The notes beneath the pieces are model-generated. The model made no database searches and was not told the origin of the DNA. It saw only the letters and a program-made list of their open reading frames with translations. From Camelus dromedarius (taxonomy: Eukaryota), in contig NC_087437.1 of the NCBI RefSeq assembly GCF_036321535.1, positions 6,138,001-6,202,000 of the forward strand: 64,000 nt of DNA, read 5' to 3'. Shown here in pieces: positions 38,001-50,000 of this stretch; position 1 is the first letter of the stretch, and each line of letters opens with the position of its first letter. The translations under genes and the position numbers were made by a program.

Positions 38001-41000
38001 TGCAAAGGAGAGGCCTGAAACGCAGCAGACATTCAGTAAAATAACCAGATCTCTCACAGATGCCAGTGAGCGACGGACCCTGTACAACATTCACTGTGAG
38101 CTGCTGTCCAGACTGGACTGCAAAGTACGGATTTAGATCATGCGATGCTTCACAAAGAGAGTGTATTGTCTAAAGTCGTAAAATTACTCAAGCTATTCAG
38201 CTTTTATTATTAGGCAATTTGGTGGCTTTAAAATAAGACTGACAGCCTTACCTGACGGGCTAAGTGACCTGCCACCAAGTTGATGCAGAGATGGCAGGGA
38301 GACTGACTAGGTGTGGAGAGAGCCACGGACAGCCTTCTGGGGAAGGAGAGATGCAACCTCCCCACGTCGGACCAGAGGGCCTCCCAGCAGCCTTCCCTGG
38401 ATCTCCGATTTGCCAACTTAGTTAAAATGCACCAGTGGAGACAAATTATAAGGAAACAAATGCATGTGTGTTATACACACATGTACTTTTTATAGGAAAA
38501 CTACATAGGGGATATAAAACCAAACAGAAGAAAACAGCTTTCGAGAAATAGCACTTTCTCACGCAGCAGAGCAGAAACGTTTGTGCTAAGTAACCACAAC
38601 GGTGAAGAGGCTCCCAGCACCGCTTCCTGTCTGGTCTGTCTGGTCTATTTGACTTCTGCCATCTCCTCCCTTGTTTGCTGTTTCTTTTGGCCAGTCTGGT
38701 CCACGTGGCCCTCATGTGTGACTCTACCCCAGTGGCAGGTACCTCCACTTCCACCTGACAGCAGAGCAATGGTGGTGAAGACCCTTCTGTTAGCCACTTC
38801 CAACTGAAGCTGTCAAGTTTCCTAAGGTGACCGCCTAGCATTCTGTACAAGCGATTCCTTTACTGCTTGGTTAGCAGTATGCACTGTGCATTTTGCTTTT
38901 ATGAGGCCCATTTTACTGCCACTCATCACCCAGTTACTTAAATGACTGGTGAGGAAATTCGTTCTTTTGTTTTAGTCAACAAATCTGTATTGAGGCCTCC
39001 TGTGAGCCAACACAATGGCATTCTGCTCTCTGAAACCATCTACTAGAGCTCAGGCAGTCCCTGAGCTCTGGCACCGGAGGGCAGCTTCCCAACAGCTGGT
39101 TAGTCCTGGGTTAGCAGAATAACTCAAGCTCATTGAAATGACTCCACTCCTCCCACGTCCCCCACCAACCCACTCCCACTGCCAGTTGTCTACGGTTTTG
39201 CAGTTCTGTGAACCCAGGATTCCACTGAATTAGTCCCATTTTAAAATAAAAAATTTCATTTGTTAAATATGTAATATAACCTTTTAACAGTCCATGTCAC
39301 CTGCTTATTCTGTTTGGGACCTGGAAAGAGGTGAATGCCAGAGAGCTGGGGCCCCAACGTGGTACCAGATCAGAGGAGCTGAACCAGGAGTGGGGCAGAC
39401 AGGCAGAAGGACCTGTAAGAAGGCACTGGAGAGACAGGACTCTGCATGGCTCATCCTGGATCTCAGTGCTCAGTTTAAATGTACTGCAGTTACGGAGTCT
39501 GCAGTATAAAGGATAAACACATCTAATGTACTACTGTCACAACATACACTCATTAATCTGTAACAGTCCTGTGAGGTGGTTACTGTCATCCTCGTTTTAC
39601 AGAAAAGGACATCTAAGGGGGAAAGACGTTCCTTGAAATTAACTTGCCCGGGGTTACAGTGTATGTTGCTAGAACTTACTCAAGGGTCTTCCTACACAAC
39701 TTCCATGTACTTCTCCCTACGTAACCCAGAAAGAAGAGGCCCGACACATAAAGGTTACAGACATTAACTATGTGCTAAACAAGAACCTAATCTTCATATG
39801 GAAAATACTTAGTAGTCTGAGTTGTTTACAAGCCTAAATGGCTTCAAGAGGAAGAGAAATGAGGGGGTGAAAATAATAGCTGTCATTTAGAAAGTAATTT
39901 GGTTAGAAATGGATTCCAAAGTGTAAAGCAAAGGATGATTTTTTCTAGCAAAACCAGTATTAGAACTACATAATATAACCTTAATCAGAAGCACATGACT
40001 TCAAATAATTGCTGGAAATTGAAAAACTGATTTAAATATTTAAGTATTTACATATTACTTTAATATTATCAATATTATAAATATAATTATTTATTTTGAA
40101 AAAGGGAACGCAAAAATATATACTTTGGGAATAGAAAGTAATTATTATCAAAATTTGGCCAAAATAAATGTCATTAACACAAGAACACTGCATTCAGTTA
40201 AGGCTCCGCTATAAAGCTGTATTTTGCTAAAACTACGAAGACGTAACACCAACTGGAATTACTGAAAGTAACTTGTAAATAGTTCTACATACGTTCTTTT
40301 AACATCTTGTTCAATCATCGACCGAAGTTCTTTATCCTGGAAGAATTTGTTCCAGAGACTCTGAAATAAGGAAAACAACCTATTTAAAATAATATCTCAC
40401 CTTTGCTTGACTTTAATGATCTCAATTTAATAATTTAAATGGTTAAATTTATCCTTCTCTGACTTACGACTTCACATTGCAGATTGGAAACCTGAAGCTG
40501 GAAAAGTATTTATTAAAATCTACTTTAATCTCAGAAACACATCCTTATTCTAACATCAATTTTCCAGTGCTGTTACCGTACACATACTTAAAACTTTCTA
40601 CTGCCTGTGTAACATGAACGGTGCTCTCCCTGCTCTGCGCCTGCGGCTGCCCCACCACACACAGGGCCGCCTGGAGCAGAGGAGGGCCACGGGCCAGCTG
40701 GGCCCAACTGGAACCTGACCCGAACTGCCAGCGCACTAAAAAGAAACGTGATGTTTTCTACAAAGCTTTGGTTTGATAACTGAAGAGATTTTCATGTACT
40801 TTTAAAAATGTGAATGTAAATAAAGTTTTAAAAAGTACTTAATGTTTCATGAAGCTATACTGTAGACTATATCATATAATTATAAGTATCAGGAAAAAGA
40901 AACGCTGATGTTATACACGAACTGGAGAAAAAAACTGTTAGCACGGAAACAGGAATTCGAGCAGCACTGAAGAAGGCACATGGTACCGGTGCGTAGTCAG

Positions 41001-44000
41001 CGTTCCTGCCTTCACTGGAACATGAGCGGAGGTGGGCCTGGTCTTTGTCGTGCTCTTTAAAAACTTGTTCACAGATTCACATCAGACAGTTACTTTCCCT
41101 CGTGTGAGCTAGCCCTACCAAGTGGAGCCCTCTCTTCCTGTCGTGGAGTGAGGCTGTCCTCACTGGGACCCTGATGAGCAGTTCTAGCCCCACCTCGTGC
41201 CCCTGCACTTGACCCTCAGTGCTTACAGGCCCTGGGGCCTCTCCTGGCCTCATGTCCCACAGAAACAGATCATCAACTTCCTACAGCACTGAACCTACAC
41301 AGCATGGGGAAATTTCCACCTGGCTTTGGGTGGTATAACTTGTGGGGTAAAAAAGTGATAATAATTGGTATGAAATAACACTGCGTTCATGGTGACCGAT
41401 AGCGAGACTCAGAAGCATTCTTGTGGGAAAAGAGGCTGAGATATGAATGAAGACACACTGTACCCCTTCGTCCTGCGACAGGGGGTTATTGATCATCAAG
41501 TCTTGCTGGCCGACGACCTTCCTCGGGTTTGTGATGTGCTGCGGAAGAAAGGAAGAAGAAAACACACACAGATCAGAGGCTGCACGACTTTAAGTATACA
41601 TAAGAAAACATTACAGTCATCAAAGTACAACTTACGATTTCTTTCACGTTGCTATACCATGCTCTTAATTCTTGAATTCTGCTTACCCACTGACTTTTAT
41701 CTTGAGGAAGAACACAAAGAAAGAGCTGTCCAAAAAAAAAAAAAATTTTTTTTATAAAAATTGTAAGAAGTAAAATGTGAAACTATACCAAACAGAATCA
41801 CCTGAGAATGGAAAATACTCATGATACTCCTATTCATGGCATTGCATACTCACATCATCATTCCCATTTGCAACACACTGTATTTGGGGGTATTTAAGAA
41901 ACATACACATTTGGACAAAACAAAAACTGAAGAAAGGCTAAACAACAAAATTCCAAAAGTTACACCACAAAAATGGGATCAACCTTCCCTCCAGACTTAA
42001 TTAAAAATGAACAAGAGACATTCATTGAGGTTCAAGTACAATCCTATTTTACATTCTTCTATTAATGGGGGTGATGAGGTGTATTAATAGGCACAAGGTC
42101 CAATCTGTAATTTCGAGGTTGAAGATTTGTCTTCAAAGAAGCAGGTAAAGGACAGAAAAGAACAATCTGAGGACACAGCCTGAGAAGTGAAGTCATTCCT
42201 TTTACCGCAGAAAATGTAATTTACAACCAGCAATCAGCTTATGAAAATAACGAGCATTCTTAAAAAGACAAATTTGATTTAATTTAGTTTAATACAACAT
42301 TAAAATAAATCTGGATTTGTGTTTATTTTTAGCAAAGGAAGGAGACAAAGTTAAACAACAAGGAGCCGGGGGCGGGGCAGGCGCCCTGGGACACAGCCAC
42401 TCCAGCAGCACGTCCCCTGCCTTTACTGCCTGCATCTCAGAGAAGAAAAATGTATTTTAATTATTAAATCTAAATTATTAAATTTAAAACTGTCTAATAC
42501 ATTATGTGTTCCTGACTGTCTTTACTTGCAGGCTCCGTATGCTCAATTTATGCAGATAAGCCCTAAAAAACTTTCAATAGAAGTCATTTTAAAAATGAGT
42601 CTGAATCTAAACTAATTCATTTTGAGAGAACAAAAAGGCACATGTGTCCAAGCGAGGAAAGATACTGCAGATCATCCCGCGCGTGGTGCTGATGGCCTGC
42701 TCGGGAAGGAGACCCGCCTCATTTCCTTCCACTTCTTCAGCCTGCCCCCCTTCACGTACTTTCCAGTAAAAAAGCTGAGAAATCTTTTCCAGCTGCTACT
42801 GATGAAGAGGAGCGGGAGGATGACTAAGCGAGGCACCCGAGACAACAGGAATCTGAAACCCTCGCCCTCCAGCTCCTACTCAGCTCCAAGAATTTCTGCA
42901 AACGCCTCTGGGGAAACTGAAGGGATTGCTTTGAGTCCCGGGCCATCAACTGAGACGAGAAGACTGTTAATCTCAAGGGGCTCCATCAACCGTCACCAGT
43001 TCCCCAGGCGGTTCAACCTTAGCAGCAAACATCCCGGGAAAGATAAACACGGGTGGAGTGAGGTCTCCTGGAAAACTCCGTGGTCCCTGCATGGCTGATC
43101 TTCCAGGGCATCAGGTGATGTGCTGATATGCTGCGGCCACGAGCTGTAAATAAGTATTTCCTGCTTACCTTCCAGCAAATGCTGCGGAACCTGCTGCTTC
43201 TCAGCTGCCCATTAATCCCCTTCTGCCGTATTGTTGCCAAGTAGTTGTTGTTTACGAAGAGTTCCTCCCATTCCTTCCTAGACGTGAGAAACCGGGATCC
43301 TTTTGTTACAATTCTGCTTGGAGAGGAGTGCTACAGCAATTTACTTTTAAATAAGTCTAAGAGATGCAACTTTTAAGATGTATATATTTAATTGTGTACT
43401 GTTTCTGAACGCCTGGCTGTCTTTTTGGACAGAGTTCTTCTGTAGATTTAATGAATATGGAGATCGCTATAATTATGCCAGCTCCTGAAATTCATCATGT
43501 CTACGGAGGCTAGTCCCTTTCCTCTAAAAGGCTGGTAGTGCAGTTCCGTGCATAAACTAGAGAAAAATGAATATTAATCTAAGTATATGACTGCTTTAGC
43601 CACTGACAAAGCTATCCCTGCTCCAAAAATACACAACAAAAAAAGTGTGCCACAGATTCTCTTGACTTCTCATGTGAAATATCTGTCTAAATGAACTCGT
43701 TTCTCTGTAATGGAAGGCTGGGCAGTTACATATAATAGAAGACGACTTTCTTTAATTTTCCGTACTATTTACTATTGAATTCTCTGCCACATTTTTCTAC
43801 ATGATCAGTTTTGAAATTTTAGCAGGTGCAGGCAAATCTGAAAAAAAAATCAAAAAATTAAAAAGCCTCACTGCAAAAACTGTTAAAGGCAAGCTTGAGT
43901 CCCTCGCACACCCAAGACTGAGTAGAGAAACAATGGAAGCCTGCCTCCCAGGCATGTAGGCACCAGGGGCCTCACACCTGTACCTCATTAATATACAAGT

Positions 44001-47000
44001 CAATCTGCTCTGCTGGGAGACAATTGGAAATTAATTGTCCCAAACCATTTACCGAGTTTGAATAAAGGAAGCAAACCTACATTCCCTGTATCTTGTACCA
44101 AACTAAACATCAAGAATCGTTTGTCAATAGTTCAGGCCACTGAGTCCGGCTTTATGAAATTTCTCTCAGACGTCCTAATGCCACAGTAAACTTATAACTT
44201 ACAATTTCTTATCAAAGCTTAAACCCTGGTAATCTCTTCAGAGAGACTAACTCAAAAGGAAGCCTCGAAAGCCCTCAATCATCCTTCTTTGAATATGTGC
44301 ATTGTCACTGGCCGGACCCTGATCGTTTTCGGGAAGGACAGCTGGACACCATGCGATCTGAGAGCCAGGATCAGAACCAACCGCTCACCTCAAGTTCAGC
44401 ACCCTGACTGTGAGGCGGGCTGCATCTCCTCGAGTTTTCCAGAAGAGCGACCAAGGCAATGGCACATCCCTAATGTCACGAGCAGGAGGACGTCCAGCCT
44501 CAGCCCTGCAGCTCTGATCTCCAACCACACCAGGTCTCCTGCTGCTGGGGACTCTGTGGCTAAGGGTGACCCATGGGACACACACTCCAACCCTATCCCG
44601 GAAGAATAAATTCCTGCCACTACTCTGAAAATTTCTTCTTTTCACCACCCTATTCATAAAAGAAAATAGTATTTCATTTTTATTTTACTTGTGTTTGTAC
44701 CATTAATGGAACTGAAACTTTTCATGCTTTTGGGTTACTTTCTTTTTTTTAAAAAACTTCCTTTCTTGGGCCTCGCCTCTTTGAAGCATCATATGATGTC
44801 TGAGAACAGACATCAGAGCCACATCTCGGGGATAAAAAGATGGCCATGCGCGCAGGAACAATACACACTTTACCAGCTCTACGAGCATGGCCAAGTTACG
44901 TAACCTCTCTGTGCCTCTGCTGCCTCACCTGTAAAATGGAACAGTAACAGGATCAACCTCAAATAATCATTATGAGACTTAAAACACATGGAAAGTCCTC
45001 AGAAGGGTGCCCAACATAGTCTAACATTAAAAATATTAATGTTATTGTTAACAATACTTATAACACTGCTCTTATTTTGGTGTGACTTACTGGTCCAAGA
45101 GAGTTTTTCATTAATTAAAGACATCACATTGTTGTCTGCCATGTATCAGTATTTTTAACCCAATTATTTTGATTTTCACACACTGAAGCTTTCTGTGTCT
45201 AGATGAAACCTAAGACTTATTTCCTCTTAATGCTCCTTCCATCATTTTCATGCATAAGTGATTCTTAGCCACTCCAGGTTCAAAGACATGCTCACTGAAT
45301 TCTTGGTTTAAAACAAAATCACTTTAGTCCAACTGCATTACCTATAGTATTTTAAATACATTATCCATTTCCCAACAATTTCACACAGATTACCCACATC
45401 ACTATTGTCCAGGCTTGTTTTTATCCACTTTGTAGTAGTCCTCGAAGACCAGACCAGAAACGAGTACTGACACCATTACAGGAGGACGTCTCAGAAAACG
45501 TGAGGATGTTTAAACAGCTTGTGGTCTGGGAACCAAAGCGCAGATTTCAAATGGAATCAGAACTGGGACAAGGCCATGCAGTCTGGAGGGGACCATGACC
45601 CCCCAGCCTCTTCAACGTCAGGTCACAGGCACCAAGCCTCTGTGAGAGCAGACACAGCTGGTGCTGAGATCCACCGCCATCTTGTCAAGTTAAGCAGCCT
45701 TTTAAGGTCAAGTTCCATTCCACTTATGTAATGAAGGATAATTATTTGTTAGCTTAAATAAGACCCTGTGCCTTGATTACAGTGTTGGTAAAGAGAAAAG
45801 GAGACTGAGGCTTGTGGGATGGAAACCTCATCTCTGAAATTCACAATCATTTAAATTTATTCCTAGGTGCTTATAGTTCCAATTAAGGACTAACATCTCA
45901 AAGTGATGGAGAGCTCTAACAACAGAGAAACGCAGAGGCCACAAGATAATCCATTAATTGTCTTTCTCTTCTACGGGATAGCGTTTCATTAACAAACTGT
46001 GATACAGAGTAAACATAATACACATTTATTCAGTGCCGACTCTGTGCTTAGCACTCAAAGAAATTAAAAAAAAAAAAAGCATTCAGGAAAGAGGGTAGAT
46101 GAAAGTGTAAACCAACAATTAAGATGATAAAGGCAAAGCACCGTGGTAGTACAAAGAGGAGAAATAGTGTTTTACCTACTAAAACTCAGTGTAGAAAATG
46201 ATACGTAGTTGCACCACAGGCACTGAAATGCCACCCCCAAAACTGAGCTATCAGAGGTTTAAACAGTCCACAGAGGACACAATGTTGAAAAGTTGAGCCC
46301 TTTGAGGGGAGCTGGACCAAAATAAAAGTTTTTTCCCATCACAAATATGAACCATGGACTATACTGCTGAACTCAGGGAAAGGCCTGGGAACAGAATAGT
46401 AAGCATTGAGGAGTCAGTAGGGGAATTTTTCAGTTTAATTAACAAAAATAAAGGAACGGTAGTTGCTAAACTTTGTCTTACAGAACAACAACGAAAAAAG
46501 GCTCCAACAGCAAAAATCTAGCAATGATGCTTTTTAAATGCTAAAAAAATCCATTTATGATATATATAATATTTTAGGTAAATCACTTTTAACTCCTCTA
46601 ACACCTTTCCTGGGAGGGTATATTTTTAACCCCTCTTTCTGAATGACAAAGCTGAGGCCCAGAAACATTATATAAGTTGTCAAGAGTGAAAAGGAAGGAG
46701 AATTAGGAAACGCCTCTTCCTGGATAACATGGAGACAACACTAGAGGGAACATGATAGTCCATACATCAAAGGACAAAAATGGCCTCTGGCAACAAGGCG
46801 GATAGGAATGCGACTTTATATCTTCCTCACATTTGCAGTTTTTGAACATTAAGGCCAAAGGTACAGAGATAAGTTTTCACCAGTTGGGCTGAGAAGGTAA
46901 GTCAACAAATACTGAGAGTGGTTAAGAACGCAGGGGACACTTGAGTGCATAACTGCCTCCAATGGAACAAACAGGTTAGAGACCAGGGTCGTAAAAACTG

Positions 47001-50000
47001 CTGACAAGGCACTAGTGCCATCTAGTGGCAACTAATCTGCACTGCAGGCACCCAGTCCCTGGAAACCAGCACCTAAGCAAGGAGAGGCAGAAACTGGCTG
47101 CTTCATTTCCCCTGCCAATGTAATGGATTAGTCATGGCTGCTGTGGAAGCACTGTGTTGAGGAGGACTCTGAGCCCATCTCTGTGCTCCTCAGAGAAGAA
47201 CATTCATTGGCCAAGAGTGCTGCAATCATTTCTAAGTGAGTAGAATTAATTTTTGCAGCACCAACTGATGCCTTCCCGCTAAGAAGACCTATTTAGGTAG
47301 TTAAGCCTCTTGCAGTTTTGTTTTTTTTTTAACATGGAAATCAACTAGAATATGCAGTGAATAAATACAGCTTATAATCATAAAGAGATATCTTTCTAAT
47401 TATATATTTTAATGTAGTATTTTCCCAAGATATGCACATAAAATTAGAATGCAACTAGTTAGCACTTTCTAAATTTAATTGTTTAAATACTTTTGTAACC
47501 TAAATAATGCATAAATGACATGGCAATTCTGGAAAAAAATATTTCTGAATCGTCCCAAATGAAGATATAATAGAGAAAACAAGTTCATATTGTATATTTT
47601 ATATGATGCTTTCTACCCCATTTTCTGGCTTTATTTAGACAGGGGACAATGTCTCTGTGGAGCTAACTTAAAAAAGCTAGGCCACTACAGTAACTGAGAA
47701 GAACCCAGAGACTCCCTACAGCTGGTACCGAGGATCTCTGATACCTGGTTAAGACAGCTGCTTCGGCTGTTACTGATGAAGTTGCTCCGTGGAGCAGAGG
47801 AGGGTTCATCCCACAGGAAAGGTCAGTAAGTCCCGGTAGGTGGGGCTGGGGGGTATGCCGGGGGCGGGTGGTACAGGAGCTCTCAGAGATGGCCCTGTGG
47901 TTTCCAAGGTCGGCCTGTCAACCGTGGTCATCTCGTTTTTGAGATGTGGCTAGAGCAACAGCAGAACTAAAGGCCAGGCCAAAGGAATGTGGCCTGTAAG
48001 CGGGGTAAGACCAGAGTTAGATGCATAGGATATGTGGAAGGTGGAGAAGCACCTTCCAAGCAAAAAAAACTACACCTGATGCAAAAAGGTTTAAACAATT
48101 TTATAATCCTGAAGTGCATGCCAATATTTGAAAAGACTGCCATGTTAATTACAATCACATTTGCTTTACTGAATGCAAAGGGAAAAGGACACAAGAAATT
48201 TTTAAGGCTGTATAGAAATATATTAGGGAAAGATTTCTATTAATGAAAGGACTGTACCACGATTCCAATATTCCACCTAAAAGAGCATGAGACTTTATAC
48301 CGTTTTAAAGGTATGATTTTTAAAATACTATTCAAATAGAACAAGGAACATGTAAACTTAAAAATCAATGGAAATATGAGAAGTGTAAATTAGGGATGTC
48401 AGCATCAGACTGTAAAGTGTGGCACCAGATCTGGGTAAGCTACAACATTAGGACTGCAGGTGCCAAGATCAACCAGATAAACACTGATGTTATCTATAAT
48501 TACCTCATTTTTAGCTTAAATCACAGGTAATGAGGGAACTCAGAGACTCTAAAAGGCAATTAGAAACTGTACTGGCTTTTTTGCTTCCTGTATCAGGAAT
48601 TTTTAAAAACTTACTTTTATTTAAAGCTCTTTTTTCCTCCATAATGAAACATCAGGGCACATTACTTATACATATATAAATACATATAAAAACACCTCAC
48701 AATTACAAGCTTAAAATGGATTTCTTCGTCTTTCTAGGTGAGATATGTTCTCATGTAATGAGGCTCCACTGAGACAAAGGCAACAAATAGCTCACTGTGT
48801 GGTGGTTTGTTAAAATTAATTTATGATGATGTTTTGATTTGGGTTTGGATTTAACTGTGAACTGAGAAATCACAAGCTTTCACCTGAATATCCACAAGGA
48901 CACAGAAAACTGAGCAACGGTGCTGGACTGTCGGCTAGAATATTCTTTTAATTTTTAAAAAATGTATTATTTTCTTAAAATTACAGTGTTTAAGAGCTCC
49001 TAAATTCAGAGTCATTTTAAAGTAGGTAAACTCAGCAAATGAGCGTTGAGAAAAGAAATAAGACAAGCTGTATCACAAGGTTATAAAAAATTAAGCACAT
49101 AATAAAGGTCCTTATATTACTAATCAAAGGATCAAGCATTTAGAAATGAGGTGAGCAAAGGACCTGGACCAGACAATCTCCATGAAGCTGTCTGAAATGA
49201 ATGTGTTCTATAGCCCACGGCTTACTGATGTTTCTGACATAATCAGTAGGTAAGAAAGCCCCCTCTTTGAGACACCTCCGCGGGGCCCTCCCCACCTCCT
49301 TCGCCCCCAGCCTGCCCTTGTTGCCGGGGTATTAGTGCTGACTAGCATGCATGGACTTCATATCTTATCCTCTATATGATAAACACTTTACCACACATCT
49401 ATAATGTAAACGATACTGCAAGGGAAGTATTTATAGCATGGAAAACAATTTATTTTCTAGTAATTTAGAAACAAAGCATTTATTTACCAAAATCTCATAT
49501 TCTAATTAAAGGGCAATCCTTCCCCTTAAACCGTGTTTTCCAAGACCGGGTTGACTTGTAGGGAATTACACCTACAGAAATACATGTACTTTTGAAACAA
49601 ATATTTTCTCTTAAAAAGATTTAAGTGGATTATATTTTAACTGAATCCATTCGACAACCTCTAAATCAGCACTGTGTGACAGAACTTTCTGAGATGACAG
49701 AAATGTTCTCTATTTGACTGTCCAATATGATAATCACTAATCACATATAGCTATGAAGCAGCTGAAACATGGCTATAGCACAACTGAAAAATGACATATT
49801 TTATTTTATTTTAATTAATTTAAACCTAAATTTAAATAGCCTCATGTTGCCAGTGGTTCCTATATTGGACAGTGAAACTCAAAGTGTTTTAAGGATGATA
49901 AACCATTCATATATACATCCAACTGTAACGGTTCAACAGATATAAAGATGGACACATGAGAGTCACAGTGTCAGCAGGGAAAGCAGACAGATACACGCTG

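Noticed and set aside
41443..41757. 104-aa antisense ORF spanning exons C and D
   Set aside because: Shadow frame of the coding exons ending in a poly-A-derived Lys run; no independent support.
42622..43098. 158-aa plus-strand ORF, antisense to TBC1D5
   Set aside because: It starts at TTG, has no recognisable domain, and sits in a GC-rich intronic patch where stop codons are scarce by chance.
43760..43870. Strong minus-strand acceptor (tttttttttcag near 43838) as a possible cassette exon
   Set aside because: No convincing donor downstream, and the peptide is not part of TBC1D5 as I recall it.
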